A program made the translations under genes and the position numbers. From the NCBI RefSeq assembly GCF_001194135.2, contig NC_068989.1, forward strand, positions 61,682,047-61,722,548: DNA of 40,502 nt, read 5' to 3'. Positions 23,401 to 35,075 of the stretch are shown one piece after another (position 1 is the stretch's first letter; each line of letters starts with the position of its first letter). Under the pieces are notes generated by a model, which was given only the letters and a program-made list of their open reading frames with translations, searched no databases and was not told where the DNA came from. The stretch is from Octopus bimaculoides (taxonomy: Eukaryota).

Positions 23401-24164
23401 CCAGTAGCTGCATGATTTCGTCGAATAAACAATTCGTATTGCCAGGGCCATACGTGTGTGTGTGTGTATATATACGCAATATGCGATTTTAGCAATACGC
23501 CTGAATTGTAGAGCATATATGTCGCATGGCCAAAAANNNNNNNNNNNNNNNNNNNNNNNNNNNNNNNNNNNNNNNNNNNNNNNNNNNNNNNNNNNNNNNN
23601 NNNNNNNNNNNNNNNNNNNNNNNNNNNNNNNNNNNNNNNNNNNNNNNNNNNNNNNNNNNNNNNNNNNNNNNNNNNNNNNNNNNNNNNNNNNNNNNNNNNN
23701 NNNNNNNNNNNNNNNNNNNNNNNNNNNNNNNNNNNNNNNNNNNNNNNNNNNNNNNNNNNNNNNNNNNNNNNNNNNNNNNNNNNNNNNNNNNNNNNNNNNN
23801 NNNNNNNNNNNNNNNNNNNNNNNNNNNNNNNNNNNNNNNNNNNNNNNNNNNNNNNNNNNNNNNNNNNNNNNNNNNNNNNNNNNNNNNNNNNNNNNNNNNN
23901 NNNNNNNNNNNNNNNNNNNNNNNNNNNNNNNNNNNNNNNNNNNNNNNNNNNNNNNNNNNNNNNNNNNNNNNNNNNNNNNNNNNNNNNNNNNNNNNNNNNN
24001 NNNNNNNNNNNNNNNNNNNNNNNNNNNNNNNNNNNNNNNNNNNNNNNNNNNNNNNNNNNNNNNNNNNNNNNNNNNNNNNNNNNNNNNNNNNNNNNNNNNN
24101 NNNNNNNNNNNNNNNNNNNNNNNNNNNNNNNNNNNNNNNNNNNNNNNNNNNNNNNNNNNNNNNN

Positions 24165-24200
<36 letters not shown>

Positions 24201-26732
24201 CGGCGAGAGAGAGAGTGAGAAATGAATAGAGAAAGAGGGAGAGTCAGACAAAGAGACGTGTGTGTGTTTGGTGCACGTCTATCTCTCTCTCTCTCTGACT
24301 GAGCCAAAATCATGTGAATGGACGTGGTAGACCGAAACAGATAAAGGCCAGACATACATATGTGTGTATATGTATGTAGGAATGTGAGTACGTATTTCTG
24401 TGCCTGTGTTTGTATGTATATATAAGTATACACCCTCCATCTTTCATCTCCATTGCTTCTTTTTCTTTTATTTTCTCTTGAAGCTGTTCTTATTTTCATT
24501 TTTTGGGGCTTTCTTTTATCTCCATATGGAATTCGTGGAAAAATTCTTTTCATTTATGTTTCTCGTTTCTTTTAGATTTATTTACGGTACACCTTCGTAT
24601 TTTCTTCCTCGTCTGATTTAAAATCTTCAGTTGATATCTGAACCAAAGTAAATAGATGGCTCATCTCCGTAGTTTGATCTTAACATGGGGACCCTCAACC
24701 ACGGAGGTGCACTGCAACCGCTGGTGTTGCAGGGACTTAGCGACGGCCCTGAGTATTGCTCTTCATGTATTATGTGACACGTTAAGTGAAATGTCAAGAC
24801 ACAATTTCAATGTTACAAAGAAATATAAGATAACAAACATGAAAAACAAACAAATAAAACAGGAAAAAGTGTACAAACTAATGAGCAGTTTTTATAATAA
24901 TTTAATGAAAATAATCTGAAACTTACATGAATTTATAGTTTTGACGTGAGGCATATTGGAAGTCAAATTCAAAATTCAAAATTTGAGTGCTTAGAAAGAG
25001 AATTATCAATAATCAGATTGGCATCTACAACAGATATTGACCGTGTTGATGACATCGTTGTTATCTTTCTGCATTTCAAACTTCAAACTCTCACTTGAAG
25101 TACATTGGTCTCACTTCATCTGTCATGGTGTCTTTTTTACCTCATACTTTAAACCGAGTCTTAACAGCTTCTTTCTATATATTCTGCCGATAAAATTACC
25201 CTGGTGTTTGTGATTCCAAGGAAAATATAAAAATGTTTCCTTTCATCTTTTAATTCACATATTAATAACAAATACCTTACAACATTTTGTTCGGTAGAAT
25301 ATGAATAGAATGTTACATTTGTAAAACAATAGACCCCACAAAATTCTGATCAGTTTTCTTGAAAATTAAATACTTTGAAATAAATGCAGGAGTACAATTT
25401 TCTGGAAAACAGCATATAAAAGAAAAAATTGTTTATTATAATCAGCAATAATTTTCAGAATTTGAAATAAATACCGAAACAATAATTTGTTGACAACATA
25501 CAACTCCTGATTTCATGTTATATGTAGTCAATATTGTTGGAAAGGGTGACTGTACCATGCACATATTTCAATCCTTGAAAATGAGGGTTTAACATTAAAA
25601 TACAACCTATTTAAGGTAGCATTTATCAAAGTCAGTAGATTTAGTTCTGTTATTGTCGCCACTTTTAAATAAATTACTCTTGAGCAATTATAGTTGATTA
25701 AAGACATCAGACAGTTATTGTACATACTACTCATTTCATCTACTCTGTACAACTGAGTCAACAACAATTGTTTATGATAGGGTTATAATTCTCAAGTGAA
25801 AATTAAAACGCTGTAAATACGATCATACAAGCCAATGTCAGGTGACTAGTATTATTATTAACATAATACGGAGAAAAAAAAACTGGATAATTCATTTGCA
25901 AAACAAATAAAATATTAAGTTAGGTAATAAATATCAAGACAGGTAAGAACACACCAACACTGCATCATATATGTAAAGTATCAATACTATAATTGAGTAA
26001 GAATATATATTTTAGATTTATATTTTCTTTGTACTATAAGTATCAATGCTTAGTACATGGAACCACCATGGGTATACTATGAGCGGTTATTCATGTTGCA
26101 TGTGCAAAAAATAAAACGAAGTGAAGCATAAAAGATATAAAAACATGTACAAATACATACACAATATACATACAAGCACAATTTTAAATGTTATATGTGA
26201 GTTACCTAAAAATCAGCATCAAAATCTTTTCCAGTGTTATTCAGTTAAAAGATACATTACATAACATAAATGTTAACTTTTCTCATATGCACCATTTACA
26301 CAGAAAAATTTTGCAGATATCTTTTCAAATAGCATAATTATAGAATATACATGTCTTGGCGTTTGCAACAATACATGTATTTGTTTGTGACTCTGATAGT
26401 TAATTGATATTGATATTGATAAAGAAGAAGAATTGCACAGGGTGGTATAGGCCTGATAACCTGCATATGTATATATTATATCGAATGGAGGTGTTATATC
26501 AAGCTGCTGCTAGCCAAAACTATGAACGTTTAAACTTGGAAATTTTTATTTGCGATTTCATATTTTAAGAAAACCTACTACGCACTGATATAGGAATAAA
26601 TCATATTAACATTATACAAATATGTTATATAGGTAATCACGACTGAATTTACTTACGTGAAAACAATCAAAATTGATGTCAGAGTATGCATGGATGCACG
26701 TATTTATGCAAGCACACACACATATGCACGTT

Positions 26733-26801
<69 letters not shown>

Positions 26802-27047
26802 GCATGTATGTATGTATCATTGAATAAACTGCTGAAGAAATGTCAGGTAAAGTATGATGATAGGGACCGATCATTTTGCAGATATAATCAATAAGTACAG
26901 TTATATTAAAACTATGTGTAAAGGTTTGAAATACGTGTTAAAAGATTTGACAATCATTCGATTATCATACGTAGATGTAAATTAAGTTTAGAATTTTGCA
27001 AATATCATAGTACTCATCAGTGCAGAGAAAAAATAACAGTAACTTAA

Positions 27048-27221
<174 letters not shown>

Positions 27222-27823
27222 TAGATTTGCTGAATAAATCTCCATACATGCAGCATAGGGCGATTTATTTAGTATATACAATATTTTGTATATATATATA
27301 TATATAAAAAAGTGTCAAAAGTATCATTCTTGCTACGTAATATGTAAGAAGGATAGGGTATGGCTATATATGATCGTAATGAGTAAAGATTCACGTTAGA
27401 GTGTATGCATATGAGTATGTGTGTGCGTGTGAGTATGTAAAATTGATATTCATGGATCTTTCACTTTTTCATCAAGAAAACATTTGTGTATGTATTGACA
27501 CTGGATGGATGAAAGCTGAATATATGTACTGGATTTGAAATATTAGAACTAAAAAGGACTATTTTTCACAGGCACTATTCATTCAATTACTCACCGCTCT
27601 TTATAAAATCATTAAGAATATGGGTAACGACACGGAAGATTTTCAAGATTAAAACAAGCAAATAATTTCGGTTAGAATAAAATTGTGTTTCACTAAGAGT
27701 GACACTTACTACTCGGCAGTATAGTAAAGTGTAAGAGCACAGGAAAAGAAAATTGGTACTTTGTTAAAAAAAATGTATATTTAGAACTAAATGGGACAAT
27801 TTTCAAATAGTGTTGCATAGATA

Positions 27824-27856
27824 TAGAGAAAGTGACCTGTATACATACAAACATAT

Positions 27857-27894
<38 letters not shown>

Positions 27895-28771
27895 ATACAT
27901 ACATACATAAATGCATATNNNNNNNNNNNNNNNNNNNNNNNNNNNNNNNNNNNNNNNNNNNNNNNNNNNNNNNNNNNNNNNNNNNNNNNNNNNNNNNNNN
28001 NNNNNNNNNNNNNNNNNNNNNNNNNNNNNNNNNNNNNNNNNNNNNNNNNNNNNNNNNNNNNNNNNNNNNNNNNNNNNNNNNNNNNNNNNNNNNNNNNNNN
28101 NNNNNNNNNNNNNNNNNNNNNNNNNNNNNNNNNNNNNNNNNNNNNNNNNNNNNNNNNNNNNNNNNNNNNNNNNNNNNNNNNNNNNNNNNNNNNNNNNNNN
28201 NNNNNNNNNNNNNNNNNNNNNNNNNNNNNNNNNNNNNNNNNNNNNNNNNNNNNNNNNNNNNNNNNNNNNNNNNNNNNNNNNNNNNNNNNNNNNNNNNNNN
28301 NNNNNNNNNNNNNNNNNNNNNNNNNNNNNNNNNNNNNNNNNNNNNNNNNNNNNNNNNNNNNNNNNNNNNNNNNNNNNNNNNNNNNNNNNNNNNNNNNNNN
28401 NNNNNNNNNNNNNNNNNNNNNNNNNNNNNNNNNNNNNNNNNNNNNNNNNNNNNNNNNNNNNNNNNNNNNNNNNNNNNNNNNNNNNNNNNNNNNNNNNNNN
28501 NNNNNNNNNNNNNNNNNNNNNNNNNNNNNNNNNNNNNNNNNNNNNNNNNNNNNNNNNNNNNNNNNNNNNNNNNNNNNNNNNNNNNNNNNNNNNNNNNNNN
28601 NNNNNNNNNNNNNNNNNNNNNNNNNNNNNNNNNNNNNNNNNNNNNNNNNNNNNNNNNNNNNNNNNNNNNNNNNNNNNNNNNNNNNNNNNNNNNNNNNNNN
28701 NNNNNNNNNNNNNNNNNNNNNNNNNNNNNNNNNNNNNNTAGAGAAAGTGACCTGTATACATACAAACATAT

Positions 28772-28810
<39 letters not shown>

Positions 28811-28812
28811 CA
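27824..28812. repeat. ~70-95-bp unit repeated on both sides of gap 27919-28738
   Basis: TAGAGAAAGTGACCTGTATACATACAAACATATATACATATATAC(AT)n starts at 27824 and at 28739. Confidence 0.85.
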
Positions 28813-28935
28813 CGCATGTACATAGATATATGTTTGTAGGTATTTCATACGAATATCATTTCATTTGCTGTACATGATCGTGTGTTTAAATTTCGTAAAT
28901 TAGTATGATTAGTGTGTTGCCAAAACTGTAGATAA

Positions 28936-29235
28936 TCAGCGTGATAAAAGGTAAACACACCAATATATAGAATTGAATATACCGAAAGAAATGGGGAATA
29001 CATAGCGGGCTACTTTGTCGATACGACTTACACTTAGACCACGCTCTTTATCCATGGTGGAATTCTTCCCGTAACGATAGGACGTGTTACCAGTCAAGCA
29101 GTTCCAGAAAGCATTTGCACAGCTCCCACTGTATTTCTTTCGTTGGATCTTTGTAGTACAACTTTCCACAATATGCTGTGCGTCCACATTTTCTATAGTA
29201 TGCGTGTTTGATTCACTGAGAGGCAAAAGCACTTT
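28936..29235 (-). CDS. Terminal coding exon of a Cys-loop ligand-gated ion channel subunit, GABA-A-like (distal M3-M4 loop + M4)
   Basis: Polypyrimidine acceptor on the minus strand (tttttctttttatactttcag|AAAGTG), 300 nt open to TGA at 28936-28938. Translation KVLLPLSESNTH...FWNCLTGNTSYRYGKNSTMDKERGLSVSRIDKVARYVFPISFGIFNSIYWCVYLLSR*. The SVSRIDKVARYVFP-x(3)-FN-x(2)-YW-x(2)-YL ending matches the pre-M4/M4 signature of GABA-A alpha-type subunits (SVSKIDRLSRIAFP..FN..YW..YL). A Grd/CG8916-like affinity is my recollection and unverified. The ORF-track start at 29271 lies in the intron. Confidence 0.85.
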   Translation of the reverse strand, partial: KVLLPLSESNTHTIENVDAQHIVESCTTKIQRKKYSGSCANAFWNCLTGNTSYRYGKNSTMDKERGLSVSRIDKVARYVFPISFGIFNSIYWCVYLLSR

Positions 29236-29919
29236 CTGAAAGTATAAAAAGAAAAACATGAGGGAAAACAAGTAAATTCTATAGACGACACAAAAATATC
29301 TTTGCGTTATGTAATTAATACATATGAATGCATATGTTTGTATATATATACATATATATNNNNNNNNNNNNNNNNNNNNNNNNNNNNNNNNNNNNNNNNN
29401 NNNNNNNNNNNNNNNNNNNNNNNNNNNNNNNNNNNNNNNNNNNNNNNNNNNNNNNNNNNNNNNNNNNNNNNNNNNNNNNNNNNNNNNNNNNNNNNNNNNN
29501 NNNNNNNNNNNNNNNNNNNNNNNNNNNNNNNNNNNNNNNNNNNNNNNNNNNNNNNNNNNNNNNNNNNNNNNNNNNNNNNNNNNNNNNNNNNNNNNNNNNN
29601 NNNNNNNNNNNNNNNNNNNNNNNNNNNNNNNNNNNNNNNNNNNNNNNNNNNNNNNNNNNNNNNNNNNNNNNNNNNNNNNNNNNNNNNNNNNNNNNNNNNN
29701 NNNNNNNNNNNNNNNNNNNNNNNNNNNNNNNNNNNNNNNNNNNNNNNNNNNNNNNNNNNNNNNNNNNNNNNNNNNNNNATATATATATATATATATAATA
29801 TATATGATATAAATCGAACATGGGCGACCGTTGTATTGTTTCTTGTCACGAGGTTCACGGCCATACGGCTGGGTGGATTAGATTGAAAAATGGCAGATAT
29901 ATGGAGAAGGGTGCATAGA

Positions 29920-30300
29920 TTGGAATGCGAGGGTTGCAAACTACTTCCTAGAAAATTCCTAGCATGGAGAATTAATTCCTGGAAAATTCCGAAGATTTCA
30001 TGGAATGCTCCGAGGATCCCATGGAAAGTTCCGAGGAATTTCATGGAAAGTTCCGATGATGGGGTAGTTACTCCCTCGAAAATTTCGAGGACTTCATGGA
30101 AAATTACGTGAATTTCTTAGAGAGATCCGAGGATGGAATAGCTACTTCCTGAAAAAAATTGAGCCCTTCCTGGAAAGTTCCGAGGATTTCATGGAGGAAA
30201 GTTCCGAGGATGGGCCAGCTACATCCTGGAAAATTCGGTGATTTCCTAGAAAATTCCGAGGATTTCATGGAAAGTTCTGTGGATGGGATAGCTACTACCG
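29920..30300. repeat. Higher-order minisatellite of ~21-bp A units and ~32-bp B units (A-A-B, ~74-bp period)
   Basis: A is approximately GGAAA(A/G)TTCCGAGGATTTCAT; B is approximately GGAAAGTTCCGAGGATGGG..AGCTACTTCCT. B ends at about 29949, 30076, 30150, 30227 and 30300. Confidence 0.9.
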
Positions 30301-31267
30301 TACACACACACGTTATAACACTCTCATACCACCACACCCAAACCCACACATACACACAGATACCAACCATTGTTTACACGCTCCTGTCCCAGAAAGCATT
30401 AGTTCTTTGTCCATCTAGTTCGGTCATTCCAAAATGTAACTACACGTGGACTGTTGGCGATCTTTCCTCCTTCATTTTCGTTTGGACTTTCTTATGTCTT
30501 CTGTTTCCAAAGAAGACCTTTGCTCCAAATGTAAAACAAACACTCTTTCTTTCCTTCACTGAGCGTCATATTAATATTTTGCATGTACCACGTCCTCGCT
30601 TTGTTGTTTTTTCGTCTTTTTCTCCATATTTTAAAATTATGTTTTGTTTGTATGAATGTATATGTATATTTGAATAATAAGGGTGAAAAAGTGAATACTA
30701 ATTTGATTAATATCAATTTAAAACCAGTGGCCTAGCATATTGAAAAATCTGAAGATTCAGACATCAATATAGGCTCAAAGTAACACACACATTCATATAT
30801 ACATATGTAAAAATGCCCGAATACTTGAAGTTTCTCACTACCAAGTCCACTTAAAAGAAATTGGTCATCTCCGGGCTGTAGTAAAAGATTCTTGCTTAAG
30901 CTACCATTCAACAGTACGACACGTTTGGGAAGCACGATTTTAAATACAGATTTCTAAGCTGTATTTTTTGCTTTTGTTTTTGTTTACCTAATGACTGGAA
31001 TTCAGATGGTATTTGGAAACTGTAAGATAATCACATAGATTAAGTACCATGTTAGAAATTTAAAGTACATACAGAATCTACAATTTTTAAATGCATTTAT
31101 TTAAAAAACATATATAGTATATTCTATGAAGTATTACTCATTGATGTTGAAGTTTGCGATATTGAGAAAAACAACGGAACATCTTGTCAGTAGATACTCT
31201 AGAACATGCGGTATTTAAAGGTCGAACTTTTCACTAATGTTCGTTCTGTGTAAGTGTGTGTGCATGA

Positions 31268-31305
<38 letters not shown>

Positions 31306-31969
31306 ATATATTTGTATGTATGTGTGTTTGCGCGTCTGTGTAGTAAATATCAGAGTCTGTGTTTACATATACACAGCTGAATATACATCTATATATGTAA
31401 GTGTCTCGATCTTTTTATATCTCTATATCTCGCTCTCTTTCTCCCTCCCCCTCTCTCTCTCCCTGTATACATATGTGTGTGCGTGTGCGTGAATACAGCC
31501 ATATTGGCAAATTTATGTTGTAATAGTTTAAAAGAATGCTTTATTAACATAAAAAAAAATTTGACTATGAAGCTTATCGGGAATTAAAGAGATAAATACT
31601 CTTATTGCAGGATAACAACTGCCCATCGACTCAATATATTTGGAAGGAGATTTCACGATAATTACCTCACAGTAAACGTGATAGCATATTTTACTGTCAT
31701 AATTTGTCTTAAACAAACCTCAAAGGAGTAATGTCTATTGTAAAATATAAGTCCTACAAATGCAAAATCTGTGGCAAGAAACAATCTGATGCGATGTTGA
31801 AAACTAACGTCTAAGACCAGTGAACAGTGAAGCGTTTAACTAGAGTTGTTGTTTTCTGTTATAGTAATAGCTGAGTAGATTTTAGTTGTGGAAGTCGTGC
31901 TGGTGACATAATTTTCGTAATAATGTTTGTTATCATAACTCCATAAAAATAAAGAAAATTAGTAATAAT

Positions 31970-32235
31970 GGTTTCAAATTTTGGCACATGGCCAGGAGTT
32001 TCAGGGGAGGCGCTAAATCGATAAAATGAACCCAGTAGTCAACACAATAATAATAATCATCATCGCCTATACTATAGGCATAATACCTGGAATTTCGCGA
32101 GAAGTAGTAAGTTAATTACATCGACAAGAGGTACTTTATCAACCGCGAAAGGATGAAATAAAAAGAAATAAAAACGGAAGAAATGCCGCTAAGTATCTTG
32201 CCTGGTATGCTAGTGATTGTGCCAACTCGTCACCG
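31970..32235 (-). mobile_element. Two degenerate family-A SINE copies on the minus strand (3' end 31970-32045; deleted copy about 32075-32235)
   Basis: The reverse complement shows GGTGACGAGTTGGCACAATCACTAGC head, TTTCATCCTTTCGCGGTTGATAAAGTAC body and GGCCATGTGCCAAAATTTGAAACC 3' end. Confidence 0.7.
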
Positions 32236-32479
32236 TTGAAAAATTTGTAATAATGAGTGTGTTTCTTTAAAATAGTTTCAGTCAATTGAAAATGAATCAG
32301 CTGGGACAATTTAAAAGGTTTTGAAGAATACGTGAACAGAGGTGAAGCTTTAATTGAATGCGAGTGTTATCAGTAGCCGCGAAGTATAATTGTAGTAAAA
32401 TATGTTAGACTTCTACCTTATTTGCTGGCACTCACACAAATTAATGTGCGTTTGTATACTCTTGTACACAGATAATAGT

Positions 32480-32820
32480 AATATATACATCCATTCCTCT
32501 GTCTTTACGTCCAGAGTTCAAATTCTGCCGTGGTCCCCTTTGTCTTTCATCATTCCTGGATCGATAAAATAAGTACTATTTTGTTCGAGATTTGATGTAA
32601 TCAACCTATTTCGCCCCCTCCCCCACTGTATGGTTGTGAGCTGGCAGAATCATCAGCACGCCGAGCAAAATACTGAGTTGTATTTTGTCCGTCTTTACGC
32701 TCCGCGCCTAGATTCCGCTGAGCTTGACTTTGCTTTCTATCCTATTGGGGTTGATAAAATAAGTACCAGTTGCAAACTGCCTTGATGCAATCGACTTAGT
32801 CTTTCCTCCGAAATTTAGCT
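32480..32820 (+). mobile_element. Two tandem family-A SINE copies (about 32480-32615 and 32630-32820)
   Basis: GAGTTCAAATTCTGCC B box; GAGCTGGCAGAATCATCAGC head; GATAAAATAAGTAC core present in both copies. Confidence 0.75.
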
Positions 32821-33174
32821 GACATTTTCATTCTAACTACTTTCAACTCTCTAATCTTTTCCATAGCTAATTATTAATTTACCATTACGTGTTTTTTTAT
32901 AGTAACAAATACTATATTTTGAATTCTAGCTTTTTCTTATTGCATATATCAGCTCATTTTCCCACGTCATCAACGTTTTCAAATCCTAGTGAATGTCTAC
33001 TCTAATGCTTTTGTCCATTCTTCTTTCTAACTGCTTCTAGCTTTAACATTTTTTTTGTTATATCAGTCCCACTGGAAAGGTACTGATGCATTCTTTCTCT
33101 CAGATTACATTCGTTAAATTTACGTACTATTCCTTTGCGAATGTTGAAAGTATATGCTTCAATATATCTATCTA

Positions 33175-33236
<62 letters not shown>

Positions 33237-34069
33237 TGTATTTATATACATGCTTGTATATACATACGTACGTACATGCATACATACAAACATACATACA
33301 TGCATCTTAACTGTGTAGTCAAATTATCAAATTATGCCATCTGCTCTGTAGACCATGGCAAAAGACCATTAAACAACTAAAGTAATCTAACCAAACATAA
33401 TTCTACAGAAATTTTTATTCCTCTTCCATATCGTATTGTTTTGCATTACACACTAAGAGGGAATTTTTCCCACGTGTATGCTGCACAATCATTTGTGCTT
33501 TAGCGAACACGTTATTAGTTTGCTCAAGAATGTTTATCATATTAATTGTGTCGTAAATATAGCAACGCTATAGGAACAAAAAATCACTACATACAACATA
33601 GCTTTGCGTAATAGTTCTCTCAGTTTATGACAAAGCAAGTTCGATTAATACTCTTAATGACACAAAACGAGTTTGATTAACGATTTTAATGGACAAAAAT
33701 CATTTGGCCTGAATCTCCTTTGTGAGATCAAACACAATACATGGGAAAGTTTTATACTTATTTGCGAAATATTCCACCTCGCGGAGTGTATTTATGGAAC
33801 AATTCTCAGTATTTTGTATACTATTCTTGTAGCATTCAAATAAATCTAAATGTTATTTGTGAGACTTGAAGCATACACTATATTATATACAAATGTTCCA
33901 AATAGTAGTCATTCATAATTAACGAATACGTAATACACGTCTTTAAATCCTGCATTTTGTAAATTCTATAGTTAGTAGCGCGAGGAAGAAGTACAGATGT
34001 ACCAGCGATGATACAAGGAATTACATCCTTCCAACTGAATAAAATTATTATTCAGAAGCCTTAAATCAG

Positions 34070-35075
34070 GGAGCTGGCATAATCGGAAAAATGCCCTGCA
34101 GTATTTGTTCCATCTCTTTATAATCTCAGTTCAAATCTCACCGAGATCAAATTTGCCTATCTTCCTTTCGGGTTCAGTTAAATAAAGTAACAGTCAGTTA
34201 TATCGACTAAGCAATCTACCTGCCCTCAAAATTGAAGGCCTTGTGTCTAAATCAGGAATCATTATTAAAGCTTTGAATCCGCGAGTAGGCTTTAGCAGAT
34301 TCATACCTCTGGAAAAGAAAGCAGCGAGAGGGATTTTGTGTCAACAGTTGAAAATAACGAATGTTCCTGAAATTATGGAGCTGTAAACACAGAAATATTT
34401 GACTTTGCACTTTTGCGACTTCCAGGCGTACAGTCAAACAAAATCTCTCCCGCCAAAGCATACTCGTGAGTTCAAGGGGTTACCGAAGTTTGAGTGTTAT
34501 AAAAAGTTTAATACAATTTCCAATTTCTGAGTTCAAATTTTGACTTGGTCGGTTCTGCGCTGCAACAACTCAGATTCACTACATTAGTTTAAAAATAAAT
34601 GTATATCTAGAAGTAAACATTAGCTGAGTATTGCGTTAGATATAGTCGATTATACCCTTCACAGAAATTTGTCACACTATTATTTATGAGACTCATTAAA
34701 CGCATTGAGGAAATGCTTTGGCACGTTATATTGTGAGTTTTTATATTCCGAGTTCAAATCCTACCGAAGACAATTTTGACTTTGATCCCTCTGAAGTTAA
34801 TAAAATAAATTCTGAGTACAGCACTAGGAACAACGTTTTCTCTTAACCCGCTCCTTTCAAAATGGTTGGCCTTATTCCTAAATCAGAAAGTATTATCATT
34901 TGTGCAGAGCGCTGGTAGAACCGTGAGCATTCCAAACCAAATGTTTAGCAGAATGTTTTCCGACTTTGCGTTTCCTCGTTTTGGGATTTGACAAAATAAG
35001 TACTAGTCAAGGGCTGGGTGCGATGGAATCCACTAGACACCCCAACCGCATAATGTCAGGCTTTATTCATATAGC
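34070..35075 (+). mobile_element. Cluster of degenerate family-A SINE copies (about 34070-34260, 34525-34550 fragment, 34700-34890, 34905-35075)
   Basis: Repeated GTTCAAAT B boxes, GAGCTGGCATAATC and GCGCTGGTAGAACC heads, AAAATAAGTAC cores and GGCCTT(G/A)T...CTAAATCAG 3' ends. Confidence 0.65.
34307..34366 (-). CDS. Possible small in-frame exon of the same receptor (intracellular loop), unproven
   Basis: ataatttcag|GAACAT...CCAGAG|gtatga; 60 nt, phase 0-0, EHSLFSTVDTKSLSLLSFPE. The phase fits the phase-0 terminal exon. No homology support. Confidence 0.2.

Noticed and set aside
24606-25190. Further phase-0 mini-exons on the minus strand (ISTEDFKSDEEENTK; GNFIGRIYRKKLLRLGLKYE) that could be chained to 16530-16676
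   Set aside because: One splice site is weak in each case, and such pseudo-exons are easy to find by chance in AT-rich DNA.
29890-30677. ORFs 29890-30111, 30159-30677, 30104-30370 and the 29307-30044 start as a repeat protein; also the array as CRISPR-like
   Set aside because: They derive from the minisatellite, whose 32-bp unit and 74-bp period break frame. There are no unique spacers and the context is eukaryotic.
30732-30935. LPKRVVLLNGSLSKNLLLQPGDDQFLLSGLGSEK as a receptor loop exon
   Set aside because: The upstream AG is preceded by an A-rich rather than pyrimidine tract, and there is no homology support.
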